DNA from: Chiloscyllium plagiosum
Lineage: Eukaryota
NCBI RefSeq assembly: GCF_004010195.1
Contig: NC_057718.1
Span: 55,977,244 to 56,024,047, forward strand
Length of the DNA stretch: 46,804 nt
Direction of reading: 5' to 3'
The first letter of the stretch is position 1. Every line of letters begins with the position of its first letter. A program made the position numbers and the translations under genes. A model generated the notes under the pieces. It was not told where the DNA came from. It saw nothing but the letters and a program-made list of their open reading frames with translations, and did not search any database. Shown here piece after piece: positions 12,893 through 25,076 of this stretch.

Positions 12893-15800
12893 CTGCAGAG
12901 TTTGTTAACCCAGCCACAACTCTGTTCATGACTTTTTAGAATGTGGTTGGTGCATTCTTCATTCCAAAGGGGATCACTTTGAATTGATATAGCTCATTTG
13001 GGGTTACAAACGCAGAAATTTCTTTCACTTTCTCTGATAAAGGTACCTGCCAATAACCACGCAGTAAGTCAAACTTTGTGATGTAACTGGCTTGTCCAAC
13101 TTTCTCTATACAGTACTCCAATCTTGGTATGGGGTATGAGTCCGATTTTGTTATGGCGTTGACCTTCCAACAGTCCACACAAAATCATTAAGTCTCCTCA
13201 GGTTTTGGAACAAAGACGATCGGCGAGCTCCACTCGCTCTGACTCAGTTCAATGATATCTTCGTTGAGCATCACATCCACTTCTGTCTGGACCTGTGTGG
13301 CTTTGAAAGGATTAAGCCTGTAGGGGTGTTGTATTCCCTACTCCTGCCTCATGCAAATTGTCCTCCCCGTCTTATTCCTGCATTTGTCCTCATATTGTTG
13401 CAGCAAACCTTTCAACTGCGTTCTTTGCTCCTGAGACAGATAGTTTCCTAACCCATCCCACTCCTTAAGGACTTCCTCATTGTTTAACATATTTTGAGGC
13501 ACATGAAACTCCACAACATCTGGCTTTGATTCCTCACTCTACAGGGCAGTGACTGACACCTGTTTCTCCAGTTTCTTCTCTATTATAATAACATTTTACC
13601 ATATTCATATGACATACGTGATACAGTTTTTTTCCTATCCACCATCTTTACCAGATCGTTTACCTGACTCAACTTTTTATCAGTTTGATAGGGATTACTA
13701 TACCTGGCTTTGAAGGGATCTCTTACCACTGGTGACCATACTAATATGTCATCCCCACAGTAAAATGTCTGAATTTCTGAGTTTTTATCTGCCACCTGCT
13801 TCATTCAATGCTGTGTCCTTTTCAGGTGCTGTTTAGCTAACTCACCTACCTGATTTAATCTCTCCTTCACCTCCAATACATAATTCAATTGTGAGATCTC
13901 AAACTTTGGTTCTGTCAATTTTTCTTTAATTAATTTCAAAGGGCCTCTCACTTCATTTCCGAATATTAACTCGAAGGGAGTAAACTGAGTAGATTTGTTT
14001 GGGGCATCTCTAATGACAAATAATACAAATGGGATACCTTTGGGTAATCCTGACAGTATGCTGTCAACATTATCTTCAGGGTCTGATGCCACCTTTCCAG
14101 AGCTCCCTGGATTTCAGGATGATACACATTTGATTCAAAGTGCTGTATACCTAAGCTATCCATGACTTCCTTAAACAGCTGAGCAGTAAAATTAGACCCT
14201 TGGTCTGACTGAATCTCTCTGGGTAGCCCATACCACACAAAGAAAGTTACTAACTCCTCTACCACCCTTTTTGCCGTAATGCTTCATAATAGAATTGCCT
14301 CTGGAAATCTGGTAGACATATCCATTATAGTTAGCAAGTACTGGTTCCCACTTTTAGTTTTCGAGAGGGTATCTACCCCATCAATCATAACCTGCGTGAA
14401 AGGCTCTTTGAATGTGAGAATTGGCAACAGAAGTGCTGGTTTTATTACTGCCTGTGTCTTACCTACCATTTGACATGTACAGCAAAAGTTAACCACATCC
14501 TTGTACTTTCCAGGCCAATAGAAATGTTTTTGTACCTTAACCTGAGTCTTCCGTACACCTAGGTGACATCCTATTAGTAGTTAATTTGCCAGTATTGTTT
14601 CCTGTCTATATGCTACCGGCAACACAATCTGGTGCACTTCTGTCCATTTCTGCTCTGCACTAACCTGCCATGGTCTCCATTTTTGTCTTAGGATTCTGTC
14701 TTTAAAATAATAACCCTCAAGAATATTCTCGGTTTCCTTTTCTAAGTATGCATCAACATATATATCTTTTATTGTCTGATATTTCTGTTGTAAATTCATT
14801 AGCCTTTCAGGGCTAGACATTTCTGCCTGACCCTCTGTCTGTTCAGGTTTTTCCTACACCATTTCATCAAATAGGGTGTCCGCTAACTGAACCTCAACTC
14901 CTTCATCTTTCTCTTTAGTTTTTGCTTCGTGCTATGACTTATGGTAATGGGATCTTGTTACTACACAGCCGGGGTAAATTTCAGGGTATTTTCCTTTTAA
15001 CTCCTCAGTTCCCTAGTCTTCCTTGGGCTTTTCCAAAACCATAGGTGTCATTTCCACCTTGAAACCTGCTAAATTGATCCCAAGAACAAATTGTATTCCC
15101 GGAACTGACACTCTGTCAATCACTCCCACTGTTACTTCCTCAGTCTTGAGTTGGCACTCCAACCTGATCTTACGTAGAGGAGGTTTCTAAGTTTCTGTCC
15201 GTCTATCCCACAAATTACCATTCTCTCCAGTAACAGGGCAGTAAGAGTGCAAATACATGCATCTCTTATTATTAGAGACTGATTAGATCCTGTATCTCTC
15301 AAAATTATAACTTCTTTCCCTTCTCCCCCTGTTCTTTCTGAGTAAACTTTACCCACAGAGGTGAATTCTTTATAGAGATCAGGCACTAACTCCATACCCA
15401 GCCCCTGCCTAGACTGTGCACTCTCCTGCAGCTCCTCGACTTTTAGGAGTTCCTTTCCAACTTTCACTAATGCCACTGGCTTAGCTTCTTTTACCACATC
15501 TTTTCCTACAGTGCCTTTCTTTAATGACCAGCACTGTGACTTTATGTGTCCCACTTTACCACAGTGGAAACACCTGAGGCCTTTCATCTCCTTTCCACCC
15601 TCTTGGGTTTCTTTTTTAACCTGTGGTCAACAATTACCAGTGTTCTCTACTCTTTGTTTCGTAGTGTAGGATCTCCCCCTCTCCTAATTTCTATCCCTTA
15701 GAGGATGAAAGTCTTGCCAGAAGCAAAACTTTGCCTAATGCACTAATGTATATTCATCTGCCATCTCTGCTACTCATTTCACTTCTTGAACTTTCTGTTC

Positions 15801-16365
15801 ATCCACACAAATTCTTATCATGTCTGGAAGTGAGTTTTTAAACTCCTTTAGCAGATTAATCTTTCTTAAAGCCTCTTAGGTCTTATCTATTTTTAAGGCC
15901 CACACCCATCTATCAAAATTACTATGTTTAATTCTTTCGAATTCAACATAAGTCTGACCTGATTCCTTCTTTACGTTTCTGAACTGCTGTTTATGTGCTT
16001 CTGGTACCAATTGATAAGCACTCTAAATAGTTTCATTGACCTCTTCATAATCTCTTGACCCCTCATCTGACAGCCTTGCAAATACTTCACTAGCTCTGCC
16101 TACAAGTTTAGCCTGAATTATAAGTCCTCTGGACACTCCTTCTGCCTACCCAATTTTTCAAATGAAATAAAGAAGGCTTTGACATCTTTCTCATCAAAAT
16201 GTGGCAGTGTTTTAACATATTTGTATATATTACTTCCTTCTCTCTTCATCTCCATCCTGTTGACTTTGCTGACTGAGTCGCAACTTATGAAGTTCAAATT
16301 CTCTCCCAATTTCTCTCTTTTTTTCTCTCTCTCTTTTTCTCTCTCCCTTTCTTCTCTCTCTCCTC

Positions 16366-17955
16366 TATAAATTGGACATTTTTGAAGATGTCACTATTTA
16401 TTTAGCCATGTACTCTATCTTTCATATTCTTCTGCACAGTAATCACTGATGCAAAATACTGGTTTAGTATGACCACAATATGACCTCCCAGCCCCTATAT
16501 TCAGTACTCTGACCAGTAAAGGAAAGCATACCAAACCCCTTCTTCACTATCCTATCTACCTGCGACTCCATTTTCGAGGAGCTATGAACCTGCGCTCCAA
16601 GGTCTCTTTGTTCAGCAACACTCCCCAGGACCGTACCATTAAGTGTATAAGTCCTGCTAAGATTTGCTTTCCCAAAATGCAGCACCTCACCTTTATCCAA
16701 ATTAAGCTCCATCTACCACTTCTCAGCCCATTGGCCCATCTGATCAAGATCTCATTGTAATCCGAGGTAACTTTCTTCACTGTCCACTTCACCTCCAATT
16801 TTGGTGTCATCTGCAAACTTACTAAGTATACCTCAAATGATTTGGATGCAAACATAAATATAAATGTTGAAAGGTAGTGTACCCAGCACCGATCCTTGTG
16901 GCACTCCACCACTTTCTAGTCTGAAAAACAACCCTCCACCACCACTCTCTTCTACCTTTGAGCCAGTTCTGTATCCAAATGGCTAGTTCTCCCTATGATC
17001 TAACCTTGCTAACCAATCTCCCATGTGGAACCTTGTTGAATGCCTCACTGAAGTCCATATAGATCATGTCCACCACTCTGCCCTCATCAATCCTCTTTGT
17101 TACTTCTTCAAAAACCCTCAACCAAGTTAGTGAGACATGATTTCCCACGCACAAAGCCATGTTGACTATCCCTAATCAGTCCTTGCATTTCCAAATACAT
17201 GCACATCCTGTCCCTCAAGATTCTCTCCAACAACGTGCCCACCACCAATGTCAGGCTCACTGGTCTACAGTTCCCTAGCTTGTCCTTACCACCTTTCTTA
17301 AACACTGGTACCACATTAGCCAACCTCCAGTCTTCCGGCACTTAACCTGTGACTATCGATGATACAAATATCTCAGCAAGGGGCCCAACAATCACTTTCT
17401 AAGCTTCCCACAAAGTTCTCGGGTACACCTGATCAGGTCCTGGTGAGTTATCCACTTTTATGCGTTTGAAGACCTCCAGCACTTCCTCCTCTGTAAACGG
17501 ACATTTTTCAAGATGTCACCATCTATTTCTTCCATGTCCTTTTCCACAGTAAGCACTGTTTAGTATCTCCCCCATCTCATGTGGTTCCACACAAAAGCCA
17601 CCTTGCTGATCTTTGAGGGGCCCTATTCTCTCCATAGTTATCCTTTTGTCCTTAATGTATTTGTAAAAACCCTTTGAATTCTCTTTAACTCTATTTGCCA
17701 AAGCTACCTCATGTCCCCTTTTGCCCTCCTGATTTCTCTTTTAAGTATACTCCTACTGCCTAAGAATTCACTTGATCTATCCTGTCTATACCTGACATAT
17801 GCTTCTTTCTTTTTCTTAACCAAACCCCTCAATTTCTTTAGTCATCCAGCATTCCCTACACCTACCAGCCTTTCCTTTACCCTAACAGGAATATACTTTC
17901 TCTAGACTCTCGTTATCTCATTTCTGAAGGCTTCCCATTTTCCAGCCGTCCCTTT
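16366..17955 (-). mobile_element. CR1 LINE ORF2 fragments (RT region)
   Basis: PEDWRLANVVPVFKKG...RPVSLT...SQHGFVRGKSCLTNL; RVKENSKGFYKYIK; MELNLDKGEVLHFG. A short second-copy piece sits at 16366-16470. Confidence 0.9.
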
Positions 17956-18125
17956 GGACAGCTGGAACTGACAACCGGAAGCGGCAGAGACAAACCACTA
18001 TAAATACCGGAGGAAACATCACAGAAGCGCTTCACAGGAGGCTCCCAGGCACTGAGGATGTCACCTAGACAGGGGACGAAACGTCTGCAACACAAATTCC
18101 CAGCTCGGTGAACAGAACCACAACA
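17956..18125 (+). mobile_element. Penelope-type terminal repeat (pLTR) fragment, distinct family
   Basis: CpG-retaining 170-nt non-CR1 insert between two CR1 pieces. Contains TATAAA (17999-18004) and a hammerhead core. Confidence 0.7.
18049..18088 (+). ncRNA. Minimal type I hammerhead ribozyme with intact core
   Basis: GCA-CUGAGGA-U-GUCACCU(AGAC)AGGGGAC-GAAA-CGUC-UGC. Stem I GCA/UGC, stem II 6 of 7 pairs, palindromic ACGU stem III, GUC cleavage triplet ending at 18085. Confidence 0.8.
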
Positions 18126-18700
18126 GTTTAAATCCTCCCGAGTAGCTCTAGCAAATCTTCCTGTCAGTATATTAGTCCCCTTCCAATTCAGGTGCAATCT
18201 GTCTTCTTGTACAGGTCACTTGTACCTGAGGAGCGATTCCAATGATCCAGAAATGTGAATCCTTCTCCCAAACGCCAGCTCCTCAGCCATGCATTCATCT
18301 GTTCTATCCTCCTATTCCTATCCTCACTAGCTCACAGCATTGGGAGTAATCCAGATATTATTCCTCTCGAGGATCTCCTTTTTAAATTCCTGCCTAACTC
18401 TCTATATTCTCCCTTCAGAATCTCATTATTTTGCCTTCCTATGTCATTGGTTCCAATGTATACAATGACCTCCTACTGGTCCCCCTTCCCTCTTAAGAAC
18501 ATTCTGCACCCTCTCTAAGACATCCTTGATCCTGGCACCAGGGAGGCAACACACCATTCTGATTTTTCGCTGCTGGCCACAGAAACGTCGATCTGTGCCT
18601 CGGACTAGATTCCCTAACACAATTGATCTCTTGGAATCTGATGTATCCTTCATTGCATTAGAGCCAGTCTCGATACCAGAAACTTGGCTGTTCATGCGAC
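18126..18700 (-). mobile_element. CR1 LINE ORF1 esterase-domain fragment
   Basis: SIVLGNLVRGTDRRFCG...RMVCCLPGARIKDV...HWN and LHLNWKGTNIL motifs (SGNH/GDSL-like esterase). Confidence 0.85.
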
Positions 18701-19618
18701 ATCTCCTTACAAATTTATTATTCAATTTCCCACTAACTATTGAGGAGTCCATAGTACAATCCCAATGAGGTGACCATCCATTTCTTATTTCTCAGTTACA
18801 CCCAAATAACTTACCTGGGCGTATTCCCAGGAAAACCCTCCTGATGTACAGCCAAAATGTTATCTCTAATCAAAAACGCCAGTTCCCCTCTTCTCTTGCC
18901 CCTCTTTTGATCCTTTCTCCAGAATCTATACCCTGGAACATTAAGCTACCAGTCCTGTCCATCCCTGAGCCACATCTCTGTAATTGCTATGATATCCCAG
19001 TCCCATATTCTTAACCATGCCCTGGGTTCATCGTGTTTACCTGTTAGGCCTCTTGCATTGAAATAAATGCAGTTCAATTTAGCAGTCCTACCTCATTCTC
19101 TACTTACTTCCAACCTACTCTGTCAATTTGACTGACTCCTTTTCCCATCTGTACGAGTCTCAGACTGATCTCTTTGCTTATTATCTCCCCGAGTCCCAAT
19201 GCCTACCCCCTGCCCTTTAGTAGTTTAAATCATCTGAGCAGCTCTTGCAAATCTCCCTGCCAGTATATTAGTCCCCTTCCAGTTCAAGTGCAATCTGTCC
19301 TTCATATACAGGTCACTTCTACCCCAGAAGACGTTCCAATGACCCAAAATTGTGAACCTTTGTCCTCTACACCAGCTCCTCAGCCACGGATTCATCTGCT
19401 CTATTCTCCTATTCCTATCCTCACTACCTCGTGGCACTGGAAGTAACCCAGATATTACTAACATCGAGGACTTACTTTTTAAATTCCAGGCTGATTTTAT
19501 ATATTCTCTCCTCAGAATCTTGTCCCTTACTGTTCCTGTGACTTAGTTCCAATGTGTACAATGACTTCCTGCTGGTCTCACTCTCCTTTGAGAATATTTT
19601 TCACTATCTCCAAGATAT

Positions 19619-22590
19619 GTGGCAGGGGGCTGGGAACCAGAAGAGAAGACAAGTAGACAGCGAGGTGGAATCTGGACACTGTAAGAGTCATGAAGTTAGC
19701 ATTAATAAGGGGAGGAGGAGGCAGAACGCAAAAGAACTGGTAGCCTAAAGTGCATCTACTTTAATGCAAGGTGTATAGTATGTAGGCAAATGAACTTAGG
19801 GCTTGGATTGGTGCCTGGGAGTATGACGTTACTGCAATCACAGAGACCTTGGTTGAAGGAAGGGCATGATTGGCAACTAAATGTTCCAGGATATAGATGC
19901 TTCAGACGGGACAGGGAGGGAAGTAAAAGTGGGGGTGGAGTTGCATTGCTGGTCAGGGATGATATCACGGTTGTGCTAAAGGTGGACACTATGGAGGGCG
20001 TGGGTAGTGAGGCATTATGGATGGAGCTGAGAAATAAGAAGGGTGCAGTTACATTGTTGGGGCTGTATTACAGGCCTCCCAACAGTGAGCGTGAGGTTGA
20101 AGAATAAATAGGTAAACAGATTATGAAAGATGTAGAAGCAATAGGGGAGTGGTGATGGACAATTTTAATTTTCCCAACATTGACGTCAGAGGTCTGGATG
20201 AGGTAGAATTTGTAAGAAGAGTCCAAGAGAGTTTTCAAGAGCAGCATGTCAATAGTCAGACGAGGGAAGGGCCATATTGGACCTGGTACTGGGGAACAAG
20301 CCAGGACAAGTGGTAGAAGTTGCGGTGGGGAATTTCTTTGGGAACAGTGACCACAATTCTGTAAATTTTAGAATACTCATTGACAAAGATGAGAGTGGTC
20401 CTAAGGGAAGAGTACTAAACTGGGCCAAAACCAATTATATCAAAATTAGGCAGGAGCTGGGAAATATGGATTGGCACAGCTATTTGAAGGGAAGTCCACA
20501 TTTGATATGTGGGACGCTTTCAAAGATAGGTTAAAGATGTTGCAGGATAGGCATGTCCCATTGAAGGCAAAAGATAGGAAAGGCAAGATTCGTGAACTGT
20601 GGATAACAGGAGAAATTGTACGACTAGCCAAGAGGAAAAGGGAAGCGTACATAAGGTCCAGGCAGCTAAGAACAGAACGGGCCCTGGAGAAATATTGAAA
20701 GATTAGGACCAGTCTTAAATGAGGAATCAAGTGAGCTAAAAGGGGTCAGGAAATAGCTTTAGCGAGCAGAATTAAGGAGAATCCCAAAGCATTTTATTCT
20801 TATATAAGAAGCAAGCGGGTGACTAGAGAAAGGATTGGTCCACTAAAGGATAATAAAGGAAGGCTGGGTGCTGAACCTTAGAGAATGGGTAAATTCTAAA
20901 TGATTACTTTGCATCAGTGTTCACTGAGGAGAGGAACATGATGAATGTTGAGATTAGAGATAGAAGTTTGATTAGTCTGGATCATGTTGACATAAGTAGG
21001 CAAGATGTGTTGGGGTAGGCTAGAGGTTAGTAAGGTGTACAAATCCCCAGGACTGGATGGGATCTATCCCAGGTTGCTGAGGGAGGTGAGAGAGGAAATA
21101 GCTGGGGCCCTGACAGATATCTTTGTGGCATCCTTAAACACAGGTGAGGTGCCGGAGGACTGGAAGGTTGCTCATGTTGTCCTCCTGTACAAGAAGGGTA
21201 ACTACAGACCAGTGAGCCTGACGTCAGTGGTGGGAACGTTGCTGGAGAAAGTACTGAGGGATAGGATCTATTTATATTTAGAAATGAATGGGCTTATCAA
21301 TGATAGGCAACACAGTTTTGTGTGGGGGGAGATCGTGCCTTACCAACTTAATAGAGTTCTTTGAGGAAGTGACCAAGTTGATAGAGGAAGGAAGGGCTGT
21401 TGATGTCATATACATGGACTTTAGTAAGGCATTTGATAAGGTTCCCCATGGTAAACTAATAGAGAAAGTGAAGTCACATGGTGTGCAAAGTTTTCTAGCT
21501 AGGTGGATAAAGAACTGGTTGATGAACAGGAGACAGAGTAGTAGTTGAAGGGAGTTTCTTGAAATGGAGAAAGGTGACCAGTGGTGTTCCACAGGGATCG
21601 GTCCTGGGGCCACTGTTCTTTGTAATATACATAAATGATTTGGAAAAGGGCACTGTTGGTATCATCAGCAAGTTTGCAGATGACACAAAGATTGGTGGAG
21701 TAGCAGAAAGCATAAGGGAGTGTCAAAGAATACAGGAGGATATAGATAGACTGGAGAGTTGGGCAGAAAAGTGGCAGATGGAGTTAAATCCAGACAAATG
21801 TGAGAAGATGCATTTAGGCTCTAATTCTAGAGCGAATTATACTGTAAAAGGAAGCGCCTTGGGAAAAGTTGATGAGCAGAGAGATCTGGGAGTGCAGGTC
21901 CATTGTACCCAGAAGGTTGCTGCACAGGTGGATAGAGTGTTCAAGAAGGAATATGGTATGCTTGCCTTCACCAGACGCGTATTGAGTATAAGAGCTGGCA
22001 GATAATGTTAAAATTGTACAAGACATTGGTTCAGCCGCATTTAGAATACTGTGTATGGTTCTGGTCGCCACATTACCAAAAGGATGTGGACGCTTTGGAG
22101 AAGGTGCAGAGAAGGTTTACAAAGATGTTCCCTGGTATGGAATGTACTAGCTATGAAGAGAGATTGAAGAGATGTTGAGTAGGTTAGGTTTGTTTTCATT
22201 AGAAAAAAGGAGATTGAGGGGGAACCTGATCGAAGGTTACAAAATCATGAAGGGTATAGACAGGTAGATAGAGATAAGCTTTTTCCCAGGTTGAAGGATT
22301 CAGTAACAAGAGGTCATGCATTCAAGGTGAGAGGTGAAAAGTTTAAGGGGGATACACGCGGCAAGTACTTTACACAGAGAGTGGTGGGTGTCTGGAACGC
22401 GTTGCCAACAGAGGTGGTAGAGGCAGGCATTTAAGATGCGTCTGGACAGATGTATGCGTAGGTGGGGAACAGAGGGATACAGATGCTTAGGAATTGAGCA
22501 ATTGGTTTAAACAGTAGATTTGGATCGGCTCAGGCTTGCAGGGCCAAAGGGCCTGTTCCTGTGCTGTAAGTTTTCTTTATTCTTTTCTCT
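19619..22590 (+). mobile_element. Near-complete CR1 ORF2 (endonuclease plus RT) and 3'UTR, pseudogenised
   Basis: WQLNVPGYRCFRRDR...GGGVALLV...YYRPPN (AP endonuclease); KSPGLDGIYPRLL; YMDFSKAFDKVPH; SGVPQGSVLGP...KFADDTK. Broken by stops and frameshifts. Confidence 0.93.
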
Positions 22591-23351
22591 TTATATCTTT
22601 GACCCTGGCTCCAGGGAAGCAACACACCATTCTGATTTCTCACCATTGGCACAGAATTGTCTTCCTGTGTCTCTGACTAGAGAGTCCCCTATCACAATCA
22701 ATCACTTGGAACCTGGCATACCCCTCATTACTTTAGAACCAGTCTCGATACCAGAAACCCGGCTGTCAGTGCTACATTTTCCTGAGAATCCATCACCCCC
22801 AACATTTTCAAAATAGCATACTTGTTTGAGAAGGGAATAGCCACAGGAGACTCCTGCACTACCTCCCTTCTTCTCCTAACTTTCCTGGAGGTCACCCCGC
22901 TACATGACTGTATCTTCGGTTTATCTCCCTTCTGCAACTGCCATTTATCACACCCCCAGTTCCTGTAAATTCCTCATTGTCTCTGACTGCCGCTCCAACC
23001 GATCCATGCAATCCAATAGGATTCGCAACGAAACATACTTCCTGCAGACATAATCATCAGTAACATGGAAACTCTCCCTGACTACATCCGACAGAAAGAG
23101 CATAATACTCTACTGAAGGCCATCTTTGCACCTTAATAAACTACAGACCCAAAAAATAGCACAGTTTAATTGCTCCAGGCTAGCTTAGTACCTGTGTTTT
23201 TGTATTAAAATTTTAATCAAGAGACAGAACTCAATAACAACACATTTTTTGTTTAAAACCCACTGTACTCACTATTGTAGATTTACAAAATAAAAACATT
23301 AAAGTTAACTTTCAAAAGCAACTTGGCTGTTCCCCTGCTGAGAGTCCCCAC

Positions 23352-23690
23352 ACATGGTGACTTAATGGTTAGTTCTGCCTCACAGCACCAGAGACCCAGA
23401 TTCAATTCCAGCCTCAGGTGACTGTGTAGAGTTTGTACATTCTCCTTGTGTCTGCGTGGGTTTCCTCCAGGAGATCCAGTTTCTTCACACAGTCCAAAGA
23501 TGTGCAGTTTAGGTGAATTGGCCATACTAAACTGCCCATAGTGTTCAGAGATGTGTAAGTTAGGAGCATTAGTCATGGGAAATGTAGAGTAATAGGGCAG
23601 GGAAATAGATCTGGGTAGGATACTGATCGGAGGGACAGTGTGGACTTGTTGGGCCAAATAGCCTGTTTCCACACTGCAGGAATTCTATGA
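23352..23690 (+). mobile_element. HE1-type V-SINE, older copy
   Basis: Degenerate tRNA head, V-domain core and attctatga tail. Confidence 0.85.
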
Positions 23691-23772
23691 AAACACAGGT
23701 TTCTCCAAGATCAGCTGTGAATTTTGCTGTTTGTTAATTTTCAAAGAACAAAGTGATGTCCAAAGATTCAAA

Positions 23773-24093
23773 CGGGTGGCACAGTGGTTAGCATTGCTGC
23801 CTTACAGCTCCAGGGACCCGGATTCAATTCCTGCCTCGGGCGACTGTCTGTGTGAAGTTTGCACAGTCTCCCAGTGTCTGTGTGGGTTTCCTCCGGGTGC
23901 TCCAGTTTCCTCCCACAATCCAAAGATGTGCCGGTCAGGTGAATTAGCCATGCTAAATTGCCCATAGTGTTAGGTGCATTAGTCGGGGTAAATATAGGGG
24001 AGTGGGTCTGGGTGGGTTGCTCTTCGGAGGGTCAGTGTGGACTTGTTGGGCCAAAGGGCCTGTTTCCATACTGTAGGGAATCTAATCTAATCT
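23773..24093 (+). mobile_element. HE1-type V-SINE
   Basis: ggtggcacagtggttagca head, V core and (aatct)n tail. Confidence 0.9.
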
Positions 24094-24857
24094 TGAAACT
24101 AGGCAGCAGCTGTGCAGGTTACTACTGCTTTCTTTTTCTGTTTGAATCACTGCCCATGTGGTCACTGCCTTTCTTTGTCTTCCTTCTTTTGAAGTGCAGT
24201 TGTTTTGATTTTTTTTCCCCCAAAGTTCCAAAATAATGCAGCACTTTTTAAACAATAATTACTACTCCTGGATGCAAGGAAATCAGCTCCAATGCTGAAA
24301 ATACCTCAAAAAAAGAACAGCTCTTACAGTCACAATTTTTTCCTATCCTCTTTAAGGTCTCCTTGAGCCTTGCATTAAATTCATGTAGCTTCCTGTAGTC
24401 AACCAGCAAAAAACAGGTTCAACAAAAGAGCACCATATATGGCTAGCAGAGCTAACCATTGAGCCACCATTGTGGGAGCTCACAGCAGGGGAGCAGCCAA
24501 GCTGCTTTTGAAAGTTAACCTTAATGTTTTTCTTTTGTACATCTACAATAATGAATACAGTGGTTTTTTTTAGAAAAATGTATGTTGTTATTGAGTTCTG
24601 ATCTTTACTCTGATTTTCTCGTCTTCTTAACCAAACAGCTGAGATAGGGCAACTTAACATGTTAGATAACCGAGATAATCTATTTGGAATTCCAATGTCC
24701 TGCATCAGAATGTCTCGATATTATTATCCTTTAATCATCAGAATCTGATCCAGATTAGAAAATTCAAACAATAATTGTGTAAATCTAAGCATGATATATG
24801 AGCTTTGTTATGTTTTAAACTATTTTAAATTATGCTCCTGACTTTTCCCCAATATAG

Positions 24858-25076
<219 letters not shown>

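Larger units (their letters stand above)
11130..16365 (-). mobile_element. Gmr1-type Gypsy LTR retrotransposon (gag-PR-IN-RT-RH), decayed, 5' end lost
   Basis: In minus-strand order: gag LPHFDEKDVKAFFISFEK (about 16200); CCHC knuckle CFHCGKVGHIKSQC and protease LRDTG (15132-15587); integrase CxxC, IDGVD, IQSDQGSNF, QGALER (13583-14820); RT DSYPIPR, DLLRGYWQV, PFGMKNAPTTF, YLDD at 12661-12672; RNase H DASD...VGYFSKKL (11673-11954). Many stops and frameshifts. Confidence 0.92.
18700..24350 (-). mobile_element. Second CR1 copy: 5'UTR, ORF1 (zinc finger/leucine zipper plus esterase) and ORF2 endonuclease start; interrupted by a + strand CR1 and two SINEs
   Basis: ORF1 ATG at about 23123 followed by DDYVCRK...LLDCMDRLERQ. 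Esterase VISGLLPVPR...HWNVFWGRSDLYMKDRLHLNWKG (19225-19464). Sequence before 19619 resumes at about 22592, as judged against the copy at 18500-18560. Confidence 0.8.

Noticed and set aside
16310..16362. CT-rich tract as a splice polypyrimidine tract or microsatellite
   Set aside because: It is the antisense of a Glu/Arg/Lys-rich gag segment of the Gypsy element. No exon follows.
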